The position numbers and the translations under genes were made by a program. A stretch of DNA of 58,346 nt from positions 1 to 58,346 of the forward strand of contig JBBTNS010000018.1 of NCBI GenBank assembly GCA_038067655.1, in the 5' to 3' direction. The notes beneath the pieces were generated by a model that was not told the DNA's origin, ran no database searches, and saw nothing but the letters and a program-made list of their open reading frames with translations. Below are positions 37,290 through 47,078 of this stretch, one piece after another (within the stretch, counting starts at the first letter, position 1; each line of letters opens with the position of its first letter). This stretch comes from Nitrospirota bacterium (GTDB taxonomy: Bacteria; Nitrospirota; Nitrospiria; SBBL01; SBBA01).

Positions 37290-39047
37290 ATGACCCGTTA
37301 TCTTCGATTGCTCTCATACTTAAAGCCATACCGCTTGCTTGTTTTTTTTGCATTTATCTGCGGGGCATTCTTCGCCCTTTTCACCTCGGCCCATGCTTGG
37401 CTGATGCAGCCGTTATTGGACGATCTTTTTATTCAAAAAGATCGAGGGATGCTCATGCTGGTTCCATTGGCAATCATCGTTATTGCCCTCTTGAAGGGCC
37501 TTGCCGCTTATGGACAGAACTACTTATGGCAGCGGATTGGATTAGAAATCGTCAGCGATATTCGAGAGCGGCTCTATAGCCATCTCATCCGTCTGTCGGC
37601 ACAATCGCACGCTCAGTATAAAACGGGGGTGCTCATGTCTTATGTCCTAAACGATGTGGGCCAGCTGCAAATTGCCGTTGCTGTCGTATTTAAACAGCTT
37701 GTTTCCCAGCCGCTCACCTTGGTGGCACTCACCGGTATCATGTTTTATCAAAACGCAAAGCTGGCATTTCTGGCGATTTTTGCCATTCCACTTTTTATCC
37801 TTCCCCTTTCCAAAATTTCCTTGCGGCTTAGAAAAATTGCGGGGTTGGGACAGGAAAAGATAGGTGCCACTTCCGCGCACCTTCAGGAAACGCTCCATGG
37901 TATTCGCGCCGTAAAGACCTTTGGTCAAGAGCCATTTGAGTCGGCTCGGTTTAGAGAAAAAAACCGGGCCTATCTTCATGAAATTCTTCGTGCAAGCAAA
38001 ATTGGAGAGATTGCCCCGCCGCTGATGGAGACAATGAGCGCAACGGGGGTTGCGCTCATTATCGGATACGCCGGCTTTCAGGTGATGAACGGCGCCTTAA
38101 CCACGGGACAGTTCTTCTCGTTCCTGACTGCGACGATCCTGATGTATGCGCCGATAAAGACCTTGGCTGCTGCCAATAATACACTGCAACAATCGCTTGC
38201 GGCGGCTGAACGCATCTTTGCCATCTTGGATGAGAAAAATGAAACGGAAAAAGATTCCGGCACTTTGGTGCTTGGAGTCGCTTCTGGAGAACTTCGACTG
38301 GAGCATGTTTCTTTTTCCTATCAGAATGCTGACGCTCCAGCGCTCTCTGATATTAATTTAACAGTCAATGCGGGGAGCACGATCGCGCTCGTGGGACATA
38401 GCGGCGCTGGGAAAAGTACGCTGGCGAACCTCCTTCCCCGTTTTTTTGAGCCGACCTACGGATCAATTTTACTCGATGGCATTGCTCTCAATAAAATCAA
38501 GTTGGAATCTCTGCGGCGACAAATTGGGATTGTCAGTCAAGAGGTGATTCTTTTTGATGAGACGATTGCATGGAACATCGGCTATGGCAAAAAGGACGCT
38601 TCAATGGAAGAAATTACGCGGGCAGCGGAGGCCGCCTATGCCCATCTTTTTATTTCCAAGATGCAAAATGGCTATCAAACACGCATTGAAAAAGGGGGCG
38701 GCAATCTTTCGGGCGGGGAGCGGCAGCGATTGGCAATTGCCCGCGCCCTCCTGAAAAACGCGCCGATTCTCATTTTAGATGAAGCGACCTCTGCGCTCGA
38801 TTCCGAATCCGAGTTTTTTGTTCAGAAGGCACTGTCGAATCTGATGCATCAGAGGACCACGATTGTGATTGCGCATCGTCTCTCGACCATCTTAAACGCC
38901 GATTGTATTGTGGTACTCGATCAGGGACGTATTGTTGAAATGGGGCGTCATTTCGAATTGATTCAAAAAGAAGGCCCTTATCAAAAAATCTATAAAATGC
39001 AGTGGGGTCCTGCGGACGGCAACACGCTTCGCGCTGCAATGCAGTGA
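37290..39047 (+). CDS. msbA: Lipid A / lipid export ABC transporter MsbA (fused permease-ATPase)
   Basis: Six-TM domain followed by GHSGAGKST, LSGGERQR and ILILDEATSALD. Start set at MTRYLRLLSYLKPY with an AAGGA RBS; the longer TTG ORF start at 37257 lies in a repeat. Confidence 0.85.
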   Translation: MTRYLRLLSYLKPYRLLVFFAFICGAFFALFTSAHAWLMQPLLDDLFIQKDRGMLMLVPLAIIVIALLKGLAAYGQNYLWQRIGLEIVSDIRERLYSHLIRLSAQSHAQYKTGVLMSYVLNDVGQLQIAVAVVFKQLVSQPLTLVALTGIMFYQNAKLAFLAIFAIPLFILPLSKISLRLRKIAGLGQEKIGATSAHLQETLHGIRAVKTFGQEPFESARFREKNRAYLHEILRASKIGEIAPPLMETMSATGVALIIGYAGFQVMNGALTTGQFFSFLTATILMYAPIKTLAAANNTLQQSLAAAERIFAILDEKNETEKDSGTLVLGVASGELRLEHVSFSYQNADAPALSDINLTVNAGSTIALVGHSGAGKSTLANLLPRFFEPTYGSILLDGIALNKIKLESLRRQIGIVSQEVILFDETIAWNIGYGKKDASMEEITRAAEAAYAHLFISKMQNGYQTRIEKGGGNLSGGERQRLAIARALLKNAPILILDEATSALDSESEFFVQKALSNLMHQRTTIVIAHRLSTILNADCIVVLDQGRIVEMGRHFELIQKEGPYQKIYKMQWGPADGNTLRAAMQ

Positions 39048-39050
39048 AAG

Positions 39051-40082
39051 ATGAAGACGGCACTTTCCGGAATATATTTTATTATCTGGTGGCTCTGGGA
39101 TTTTCTTTACGAATACAATATCCTCGTTCCAAAGCAGGTTGCCGCGAAAGTGGTCAGTGTCGGCAATCTCACGGTCGGCGGAACGGGAAAGACTCCGATC
39201 ACGATCTTCCTCGCACGATTTTATCAATCAAAAGGGTATCGCGTCGGCATTGTGAGTCGAGGCTATAAAGGAAATTATCAAGGAAAGGTTGCACTGGTAT
39301 CAGATGGAAAGTCCGTTTTAACATCGTCCGATATTTGTGGTGACGAACCGTATTTAATGGCCAAACGTCTTTCCGGAAAGCTGCGGGAAGCGCAAACGCC
39401 CTCCGCAGGAGCCGCCGCAGGAGTTTGCGTTGCTGTCTCGAAATTACGGCACGATGGATGCCAGATGCTCATTGATAAATTTAACGTGAACCTGATTTTA
39501 CTCGACGACGGATTTCAGCATCGCCGCTTATACCGAGATTTAAACTTACTTCTGATAGACACAACAGAAAAAAATAATGCCCTCCTTCCAAAAGGGCCGA
39601 TGCGAGAAGGATTCCCCGCAGCAAAGCGTGCTGACATTATTATTTTAACGAGAGAAGGGGAAAGCCCTAAGATGCCCGAATCAACAATCCCAGTCCTTCA
39701 TGCCGTTTTTTTGCCGGTTGCGCTCGTTCATCTGAAAACGGGAACATCGTATCCGCTGACGAAGCTTTCAGGGGCATCGGTCTTGGCGTTTTGTGCGATT
39801 GGCAATCCAAATTCTTTTATCAAGATTCTCGCCAATTTAGGCGCAAAAATTGAGGCGTCTATTTTTTTTCGAGATCATTTTCGTTACAGTGTTGCTGAAA
39901 TCAAAGCGATTGGGGAAAAAGCGTTGGCATTTGGTGTAAAATGGATCGTGACTACTGAAAAAGACGCGGTCAAAATAGAATCGCTTTCTTTTCCTGAAAT
40001 TGATCTATTTGTTCTTCAAGTTGATGTCGTGTTTCGAGAACCGTCTGGTTTATGGGAACCTTATTTTCTTTCGACGAAATAA
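39051..40082 (+). CDS. lpxK: Tetraacyldisaccharide 4'-kinase
   Basis: P-loop GNLTVGGTGKTP. Confidence 0.85.
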   Translation: MKTALSGIYFIIWWLWDFLYEYNILVPKQVAAKVVSVGNLTVGGTGKTPITIFLARFYQSKGYRVGIVSRGYKGNYQGKVALVSDGKSVLTSSDICGDEPYLMAKRLSGKLREAQTPSAGAAAGVCVAVSKLRHDGCQMLIDKFNVNLILLDDGFQHRRLYRDLNLLLIDTTEKNNALLPKGPMREGFPAAKRADIIILTREGESPKMPESTIPVLHAVFLPVALVHLKTGTSYPLTKLSGASVLAFCAIGNPNSFIKILANLGAKIEASIFFRDHFRYSVAEIKAIGEKALAFGVKWIVTTEKDAVKIESLSFPEIDLFVLQVDVVFREPSGLWEPYFLSTK

Positions 40083-40119
40083 ACGTCTGAAATAAAAGCA
40101 GCAGAGATTCATCAAGCGA

Positions 40120-41025
40120 ATGCCTAAGTCTATCAGACATAAAATTGAATATCTCTTTGTCTGCCTTTTGGTTGGAGTACTCCGAATGATTCCAATGAGG
40201 CTAGGCATTTCGCTCGGCCGTTTGCTGGGCATCATCCACTATTGGGCGAGCCCAAAACATCGGCATGAGACGATCTCTCATTTGCAAATGGCGTTGGGAA
40301 AAGAAAAATCCGATATCGAATTAAAACGAATCGCTTATGAGTCGTACAAGGGACAAGGGGTCTCACTGGTTGAGGCGATTTATTCGCTGCAGATGGAGTC
40401 GTCGCGTCTCATGGAGTGGATTTCGGTAGAAGGGTTTTCACATTACGTTGAAGCTAAAAAAGAGGGCAAGGGGGTGATTATTCTAACCGCCCACTTGGGG
40501 AATTGGGAGATGATCCCTAAGGTCTTTTTTGCGCACCACTCTCCAATATGCGGAACGGTGCGTCCGCTAGATAATCCCTACTTAAATCGGCTTTCACAAA
40601 ACTGGCGCGAGAAGAATGGGATGATTGTCTTAAACAAATTTTCCGATGCCCCGCGTCTTTTAAAGCTGTTTCGGGAGGGCGAGACGGTTGGTTTTTTATT
40701 GGATCAAAACACACATGAAGAGGATTCGGTCTTTGTTGATTTTTTTGGGCAGGAAGCGGCAACCAACAAGGGCGTCGCTATTTTAGCGTTGCGATCCGGC
40801 GCGCCAGTGATTCCCGTTTTTATGAAGCGGGAAGGAAAGAAGCATCGGATGATTATTGATCCGCCCGTTTCGATTGTGAGGACCAAATCGCATCGTGACG
40901 ACATTTTGAATATAACAGCGCTGTTCACGAAAATTATTGAAAATCATATCCGAGAAGCGCCAGAGCAGTGGCTATGGATTCATCGTCGATGGAAGACCAA
41001 GCGTACTAAAAAAGTTGATGCCTAA
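40120..41025 (+). CDS. Lipid A late acyltransferase (LpxL/HtrB lysophospholipid acyltransferase family)
   Basis: ILTAHLGNWE (HX4D-type region). About 300 aa. Lies in the lipid A cluster. Confidence 0.7.
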   Translation: MPKSIRHKIEYLFVCLLVGVLRMIPMRLGISLGRLLGIIHYWASPKHRHETISHLQMALGKEKSDIELKRIAYESYKGQGVSLVEAIYSLQMESSRLMEWISVEGFSHYVEAKKEGKGVIILTAHLGNWEMIPKVFFAHHSPICGTVRPLDNPYLNRLSQNWREKNGMIVLNKFSDAPRLLKLFREGETVGFLLDQNTHEEDSVFVDFFGQEAATNKGVAILALRSGAPVIPVFMKREGKKHRMIIDPPVSIVRTKSHRDDILNITALFTKIIENHIREAPEQWLWIHRRWKTKRTKKVDA

Positions 41026-42043
41026 CGGATCCCCGAAACATATTTTAGTGCGTGCCCCCAATTGGGTGGGTGATGCCCTGATGATGACCCCGGCCCTTTC
41101 CTGCTTGCGTACGCATTTTGCCGAGGCGACCATCACGCTTTTGGCGAAACCTTCGATCGCAACGATTTTTGATCATCATCCTACAATTGATCGAACGATT
41201 CTTTACGAGACATCCGGAAAACATGCTGGCGTGATTGGGTTTTTGTCCCTTGCTGCCTCTTTGCGAAAAGAAAAATTCGATATGGCAATCCTCATGAAAC
41301 CTGCATTTGAATCAGCCCTTCTCACAGCCTTTGCAAGAATCCCAGTTCGGATTGGCTACGACACGGATTTTCGGAGATTTTTATTGACCAATCCGTTGCC
41401 AGTCAAAACTGCGCCCATTCATCAACGTGATGCCTATTTAGAGATTGCCCGATTTTCCGGAGCGATTTTAGTTTCAAAAGAAATGTCGCTTGTCTTAACG
41501 GAAGAAGAAGTGACGTACGCCAAAGGGGTATTGGAATCGCATTCTATTTCCACTGGCGCGTTGATTATTGGCCTGTTCCCGGGAGCCGCGAAAGGCCCGG
41601 CGAAGCAGTGGCTGCCGGAACGATTCGCACAAGTCGCGGATCATCTCTCAAAAGAGTTTAACGCGAAAATACTGATTTTAGGCGGGCCTTCTGATTTGGC
41701 TCCGGCGACAGCCGTATTAGATAACATGAAATCAAAATCGGGAATTCTCATTTTAGATATTTCGCTTCGAGAGATGATGGCAATCTTGTCATTATGTGAT
41801 TTTTGTATTACGAATGATTCGGGCCCGATTCATCTTGCGGCGGCTTTAGGGGTTCCCCATTTAGGCATTTACGGGCCGCGCCCGCCTGCCTTCTCGTTTC
41901 CAGAGACATCGTTTTCTGAGTACGTTTATCATGCGGTTCTCTGTTCCCCATGCGACTTTCGGGTTTGCCCCATTGGACATGATTGCATGATGGGGGTTTC
42001 TGTTTCCGAGGTGCTTGAAAAAGCAACAAAACTAATAAAGTAA
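41018..42043 (+). CDS. Family 9 glycosyltransferase (LPS heptosyltransferase, WaaF/WaaC-like)
   Basis: ILVRAPNWVGDALMMTPAL and NDSGPIHLAAALG. Start set at MPNGSPKH (41018), overlapping the upstream stop. Confidence 0.75.
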   Translation: MPNGSPKHILVRAPNWVGDALMMTPALSCLRTHFAEATITLLAKPSIATIFDHHPTIDRTILYETSGKHAGVIGFLSLAASLRKEKFDMAILMKPAFESALLTAFARIPVRIGYDTDFRRFLLTNPLPVKTAPIHQRDAYLEIARFSGAILVSKEMSLVLTEEEVTYAKGVLESHSISTGALIIGLFPGAAKGPAKQWLPERFAQVADHLSKEFNAKILILGGPSDLAPATAVLDNMKSKSGILILDISLREMMAILSLCDFCITNDSGPIHLAAALGVPHLGIYGPRPPAFSFPETSFSEYVYHAVLCSPCDFRVCPIGHDCMMGVSVSEVLEKATKLIK

Positions 42044-42056
42044 AGGAAGGAGTGTT

Positions 42057-42251
42057 ATGCTTACTGAAAACTTATTAAAATTATTGGCCTGTCCAAAATG
42101 TAAGGGAAATTTGGTTCATGACGAAAAAGAAAAGGGGTGCGACCCCTGCGAACAGCTAACTTGTTCTGCTTGTTCTCTCGTCTACCCCATAGAAAACGAT
42201 ATTCCAATGCTGGTAATCGAGAGGGCTGTCACGTTCAACCGACTTCGATAG
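42057..42251 (+). CDS. Trm112/YcaR (UPF0434) family small zinc-ribbon-like protein
   Basis: LLACPKCKG...LVYPIENDIPMLV. 64 aa. Confidence 0.8.
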   Translation: MLTENLLKLLACPKCKGNLVHDEKEKGCDPCEQLTCSACSLVYPIENDIPMLVIERAVTFNRLR

Positions 42252-42263
42252 CTGCGCGAAGCG

Positions 42264-42833
42264 TTACGCCGTGCGCAGCACAAAATAATGTTCCCGGTAG
42301 AATTTTAGTTCACGAAGCGATTCGTGAATATCTTCCAGGGCAAGATGCGCCGCTTTTTTCTTTGGCAGCGCAATCCCTTTGGGATACCATCGGGAAACAA
42401 GCTCCTTAACCGTACTCACATCAATATTTCGGTAATGAAGATAATCATAAAATTTGGGCATGTATCGTTCTAAAAAGCGGCGGTCGTGGCCAATGGAGTT
42501 CCCGCAAAGGGGAGAGGTTTTCGCGGGACAGAAACGCAAAATAAATTCAAGCGTTTGCTCCTCGGCAAAGTGCATTGTGATTTGTGAATCAATCATCCTT
42601 TGTAATAACCCAGATTGGGTATGGGTTTTCAAACTCCACGCCTCCATCTTGGCTAAAGTCTCCTCATCGTGATGAATCGCAATGACAGGCCCCTCGGCTA
42701 AAATGTTTAGTTCGCTATCGGTAATGAGTGTGGCAATCTCAACAATCGTATGCGTATTAGGGTCTAATCCGGTCATCTCCAGATCAAGCCAAATCAGATT
42801 TTTTTTATCTTGTAAGGGAAATTGCTTGTTCAT
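42264..42833 (-). CDS. orn: Oligoribonuclease
   Basis: [17 protein letters not shown] exonuclease motif, [11 protein letters not shown], and H-x4-D at the C-terminus. The last codons (LRTA-stop) lie in a dispersed repeat. Confidence 0.9.
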   Translation of the reverse strand: MNKQFPLQDKKNLIWLDLEMTGLDPNTHTIVEIATLITDSELNILAEGPVIAIHHDEETLAKMEAWSLKTHTQSGLLQRMIDSQITMHFAEEQTLEFILRFCPAKTSPLCGNSIGHDRRFLERYMPKFYDYLHYRNIDVSTVKELVSRWYPKGIALPKKKAAHLALEDIHESLRELKFYREHYFVLRTA

Positions 42834-44083
42834 TTTTTTACCTCATTGGCTAAAATAATTGCGTCAGAAACCTCGCGCATTGTCTTTCTCATATTCATGC
42901 TTTGTTGTTGAATCGCCCGAAACGCGTCTTCCTCCCCAAGATTCCCCTGCTTCATTAGAATGCCTTTCGCACGATCAACCGCCTTCCGGAGTGCGAGTGT
43001 GTCTTCCATCTCGGACGATTTCTGAAAAAGCGTCGTGTTCTCAATCGCAACCGCAGCTTGATTGGCAACCGCAGACAAAAGATGAACCTCCTCTTCAGAA
43101 TAGGAGTGCAGATGCGCCGTATAACTGTTGATCACACCAATAACACGATCCTTGATCATCATGGGAACTGAGAGCAAAGAAAAAACCGATTCTTTCCGGG
43201 CAATGTCCGGAAACGAATAAATTGGGTCTTCGGCCACATTCAAAACGGCAATCGGCCGCCGTTCCTGTACCACCCTCCCTGAGACTGATTCCCCGATCTT
43301 GATGTTCGGCTTGTTTCGATACCCCTCGCTCAGACTCTGTGTCGCAACAATCTGAAGCTCCCGCTTTTTATGATCCAAAATCATAATCGAGCAAATCTTC
43401 GAGTTCATCATTTTAGCCGTCATCGTGACAATGAGATTCAAAATCTCTTCAATGTAACGGTTTGAGGTAATTGTCCGGCTGACATTCGAAAGAATATCAA
43501 CCTGCATCGCCTTTTTTTTCATTTCTTCATAAAGGCGGGCATTCACAATGGCGCCGCCCACCTGCTGTCCAATCATCGTGAGAAGCGCGATCTCCCCTTC
43601 CGAGTGATGATGCGCTTTTTTATGCTGTACATTAATCACCCCGACAATCTCATTTCGGCTAATCACCGGAATAGACAAAAAGGCATGGTAACGATCTTCA
43701 GGAAGGCGATGAAAAAATTTAAACCTCGGATCGTTGTGCGCATCTTTTGAAATTGCGACCACTGTTCGTTCTTTAGCGACCCAGCCGGTAATCCCCTCCC
43801 CGACCTCCAGCCGAACCATGCCGATTAATTTGGGATGCGGATTTTTAGACGCACGCAAGATCAACTCCTGACAAGAATCATCCAGCAGGAAGATCAAGCA
43901 GGCATCGGCGGAAGATTCTAAAACAACCAGCTCGACAATCTCTTTTAGGACAAGGTCTATATCCAGATAAACGCTGATGAGCCGGGCAATGCGTGAAAGG
44001 AGTGCAATCTCTCTATTTTTTTCAGAAAGCGTCTTTTTGAGTAGAAGAATTTTTTTTGCCGCGGCATCCGTCTTTTGTTTCAT
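42830..44083 (-). CDS. GAF-GAF-ANTAR RNA-binding antiterminator-type regulator
   Basis: Two GAF-like modules followed by a C-terminal ANTAR segment ([38 protein letters not shown]). Start set at MKQKTD (44083); the ORF is open to 44296. Confidence 0.7.
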   Translation of the reverse strand: MKQKTDAAAKKILLLKKTLSEKNREIALLSRIARLISVYLDIDLVLKEIVELVVLESSADACLIFLLDDSCQELILRASKNPHPKLIGMVRLEVGEGITGWVAKERTVVAISKDAHNDPRFKFFHRLPEDRYHAFLSIPVISRNEIVGVINVQHKKAHHHSEGEIALLTMIGQQVGGAIVNARLYEEMKKKAMQVDILSNVSRTITSNRYIEEILNLIVTMTAKMMNSKICSIMILDHKKRELQIVATQSLSEGYRNKPNIKIGESVSGRVVQERRPIAVLNVAEDPIYSFPDIARKESVFSLLSVPMMIKDRVIGVINSYTAHLHSYSEEEVHLLSAVANQAAVAIENTTLFQKSSEMEDTLALRKAVDRAKGILMKQGNLGEEDAFRAIQQQSMNMRKTMREVSDAIILANEVKK

Positions 44084-44419
44084 CACGAAGGTCCTAATCA
44101 TACTGGCATTACAGGGGCAGGCCCCAGAGGCGTTTATATCGTAAAGGGAGCAGGATTGTCCAGATTGTGAATGGGGCCGCTCTACCAGATAGGGACTGTC
44201 TGCTGTATTTGGCCTGATGTTTATTGTATGGGTTACGCGATGGCTTGGCGCACACAACACTCGATGTTCCATCCGAATTAAGGATGTCCATACCAATTAG
44301 CGTGAATCGCACCCTTCCCCAATAATAGGGATGGACGTATCTCCATCGGGCTATATTTTGGGTGAATCAATTCGTCCCCTGTTTTTTAATTGACAAATAA
44401 GATAAACTCTCCAGCCATT

Positions 44420-45277
44420 ATGAAAATCATAGACCTATTTTCTGCAGGAAAGCCTCTTTTTTCGTTTGAGTTTTTCCCGCCAAAAACCCCCCAAGGGGTG
44501 ATCCATCTTTTTGAGACCATTTCCCATCTAAAGCCGCTTTCTCCCGCATTTGTTTCAGTGACTTACGGCGCGGGCGGCTCGACGCGGGATTTAACTTTAG
44601 ATCTTGTTCGTAAAATTAAAAATGACCTTCAGATTGAAACGATGGCGCATCTAACCTGTACGAACGCAACATGCGATGAAATCAACGCTGTATTAGATCG
44701 GCTTTGTGAAGACGGCATTGAGAATGTACTGGTCCTCCGGGGGGACCCGCCTAATGGCCAAGCGCTGTTCATTCCGCGTGAGAATGGATTTGCATATGCC
44801 TCGGAGCTCGCCTTCCACATTAGGAAGAAGTTTGATTTTTCGTTGGGAGGAGCGTGTTATCCGGAAGGACACATTGAATGCCGCGATCTTGAAAAAGATT
44901 TAGAGCATCTTAAACGGAAGGTGGATGCCGGTGTTGATTTTATCATTACGCAGCTTTTTTTTGACAACCGCTATTTTTTTGATTTTATCAATCGGGCACG
45001 AAGAATTGGGATTCGCATTCCAATTATTCCGGGAATTATGCCGATTACAAACGTCAATCAGGTCAAGCGGTTTACAAAATTATGCGGGGCAAGCATTCCC
45101 GATGCGCTGCTTTCAGAACTAGAGTCGGTGGAGCAGGATGACAAAGCCGTCGAGCAAGTTGGCATTCTGCATGCTGTCAGGCAATGCAAAGCCCTGCTTT
45201 CTGCGGGCGCGCCTGGCATTCATTTTTATACATTAAATAAGTCGTCGGCAACGCGGGCGATCTTAGATCACCTCTAA
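44420..45277 (+). CDS. metF: 5,10-methylenetetrahydrofolate reductase
   Basis: FSFEFFPPKT, VTYGAGGSTR, and ITQLFFD. Confidence 0.9.
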   Translation: MKIIDLFSAGKPLFSFEFFPPKTPQGVIHLFETISHLKPLSPAFVSVTYGAGGSTRDLTLDLVRKIKNDLQIETMAHLTCTNATCDEINAVLDRLCEDGIENVLVLRGDPPNGQALFIPRENGFAYASELAFHIRKKFDFSLGGACYPEGHIECRDLEKDLEHLKRKVDAGVDFIITQLFFDNRYFFDFINRARRIGIRIPIIPGIMPITNVNQVKRFTKLCGASIPDALLSELESVEQDDKAVEQVGILHAVRQCKALLSAGAPGIHFYTLNKSSATRAILDHL

Positions 45278-45374
45278 GAGGTCCTTTAAATTTGACAGAA
45301 ATGTCTGCGAGTAGTACCCTGATCTTTTGTAGACGAGGGACTCCATCGTCTGCTTTCTATTTTGATAAGGTACA

Positions 45375-46412
45375 TTGAAAGATCGTTTCCTAAAAGCCTG
45401 TCGCCGTGAAGAGGTGGATTGCACACCGATTTGGCTCATGCGCCAAGCCGGACGCTATATGCCCGAATTCCGGAAAGTCAGAGAAAAACATTCTCTGCTG
45501 ACGGTTTGCAAAACGCCCGATCTCGCAACCGAAGTCACACTGCAACCCCTTAAACGGTTCGATTTGGATGCCGCCATTATCTTTGCCGATATTCTCCTTC
45601 CGCTAGAGCCCATGGGGATCAAGCTCGATTTTATCAAGGGAGAGGGGCCAACGATCTTCAACCCCATTTCCAATCAACACGATGTCGAGGTGTTACGCCC
45701 AGTTGACCCCCAATCCGATTTGGGATTTGTGATGAAGGCAATTTCCTCCGTCCGGAAAGAGATCAACATTCCGCTGATTGGCTTTGCCGGCGCGCCCTTT
45801 ACGCTCGCTTCCTATATGATTGAAGGGGGTCATTCCCGAAATTATATTAAAACAAAGAAAATGATGTACGAAGCGCCAGAACTCTGGGCGCTATTGATGG
45901 AAAAACTCACGAAGGTTCTTATAGACTATCTTTGTGCTCAGGCGGATGCCGGTGCCAATACGCTCCAAATTTTTGATAGCTGGATTGGTGCGCTTTCTTA
46001 TCGAGATTATCGCAAATTTATTTTTCCTCACATGAAAGTTCTTTTTGACGGGTTGAAAAAAACGAATGTACCGGTGATTCATTTTGGAACCGGAACGGCC
46101 TCGCTGCTTAAAATACAACGGGAGGCGGGCGGCGATGTGATCGGTTTGGACTGGCGGATTCCGCTGGATGACGGCTGGAAAACAGTGGGTCATGATATTG
46201 CCATACAAGGGAATCTGGATCCGGTCACGCTTTTTGGGCCGATTTCTGAACTTGAAAAGCAGGTGGATGATATCGTCATGCGCGCGGCCAATCGTCCAGG
46301 GCACATCTTTAATTTGGGTCACGGGATTTTACCGGAAACGCCACAAGAGCATGTGGAAGCCTTGATCGAATTCGTCCACAAGAAAACGACTTTGTCCTCG
46401 CGGACGGCGTAA
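45375..46412 (+). CDS. hemE: Uroporphyrinogen decarboxylase
   Basis: PIWLMRQAGRYMPEFR signature. TTG start. The last codons (SRTA-stop) lie in the left copy of a 57-bp direct repeat. Confidence 0.9.
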   Translation: MKDRFLKACRREEVDCTPIWLMRQAGRYMPEFRKVREKHSLLTVCKTPDLATEVTLQPLKRFDLDAAIIFADILLPLEPMGIKLDFIKGEGPTIFNPISNQHDVEVLRPVDPQSDLGFVMKAISSVRKEINIPLIGFAGAPFTLASYMIEGGHSRNYIKTKKMMYEAPELWALLMEKLTKVLIDYLCAQADAGANTLQIFDSWIGALSYRDYRKFIFPHMKVLFDGLKKTNVPVIHFGTGTASLLKIQREAGGDVIGLDWRIPLDDGWKTVGHDIAIQGNLDPVTLFGPISELEKQVDDIVMRAANRPGHIFNLGHGILPETPQEHVEALIEFVHKKTTLSSRTA

Positions 46413-46451
46413 ACGCTTCGCGCAGCAATCGAAAACGGTTGAACACACAAC
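46394..46451 (+). repeat. Left copy of the ~57-bp direct repeat bracketing the yefM-yoeB cassette
   Basis: GTCCTCGCGGACGGCGTAAACGCTTCGCGCAGCAATCGAAAACGGTTGAACACACAAC matches 47016-47072 with about 4 mismatches and 1 indel. Confidence 0.85.
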
Positions 46452-46456
46452 TTTCG

Positions 46457-46489
46457 TTGACAATTTCAAGCACGTACAGTATATTGTAC
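46457..46489 (+). promoter_or_regulatory. Probable yefM-yoeB promoter with an overlapping palindromic operator
   Basis: TTGACA-17 nt-TATATT. The palindrome GTACAgtatatTGTAC (46474-46489) spans the -10. TGTACA-type cores are known for the E. coli yefM-yoeB operator. GGAGG lies 10 nt before the ATG. Confidence 0.6.
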
Positions 46490-46504
46490 GGAGGTGCAAA
46501 TATT

Positions 46505-46762
46505 ATGGACGCAGTTTCCTATTCCGATTTACGGCAAAATCTAAAAACCTATCTGGATCGGGCGTATTTTGACCATGACCCTCTCATTATTACCCGAAAA
46601 AACAGTGAGAATCTCGTTATCCTTTCTATTGATGAATACAATAGTTTGCTTGAAACAAGTTACTTGCTCAGCAGTGAGGCAAACGCAAACCATCTGAGAA
46701 AATCAATTGAACAGCTAAAGAGCAAAAAAGCGGTACGAAGAGAATTGTTAGAGGATGGATAA
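46505..46762 (+). CDS. yefM: Type II antitoxin, Phd/YefM family
   Basis: MDAVSYSDLRQNLKTYLDRAYFDHDPLIITRKNSENLVILSIDEYNSLLET. Overlaps the yoeB start. Confidence 0.9.
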   Translation: MDAVSYSDLRQNLKTYLDRAYFDHDPLIITRKNSENLVILSIDEYNSLLETSYLLSSEANANHLRKSIEQLKSKKAVRRELLEDG

Positions 46763-47015
46763 ACAATTCACGAGCGAAGCTTGGAAAGATTATCTCTACT
46801 GGTTTGATACGGACAAGAAGCAATTAAAGAAGGTTAATGATCTCATCAGGGAGATTGAGAGATCGCCTTTTGAAGGAATTGGAAAGCCGGAGCCACTCAA
46901 ATATAATCTACAAGGGTTTTGGTCGCGGCGGATAGATCACGTGCATCGGGTTGTCTATAAAGTAGAATCAGAAATTGTCTATTTCGTATCATTTCGATAT
47001 CACTACGATAAATAG
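46755..47015 (+). CDS. yoeB: Type II toxin, YoeB/Txe family mRNA interferase
   Basis: FTSEAWKDYLYW...IGKPEPLKYNLQGFWSRRIDHVHRVVYKV...RYHY. Confidence 0.9.
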   Translation: MDKQFTSEAWKDYLYWFDTDKKQLKKVNDLIREIERSPFEGIGKPEPLKYNLQGFWSRRIDHVHRVVYKVESEIVYFVSFRYHYDK

Positions 47016-47072
47016 GTCCTGCGGACGGTGTAAACGCTTCGCGCAGCAATCGAAAACGGCTGAACTCACAAC
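47016..47072 (+). repeat. Right copy of the ~57-bp direct repeat bracketing the yefM-yoeB cassette
   Basis: See 46394-46451. Begins 1 nt after the yoeB stop. Confidence 0.85.
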
Positions 47073-47078
47073 AGGTTT

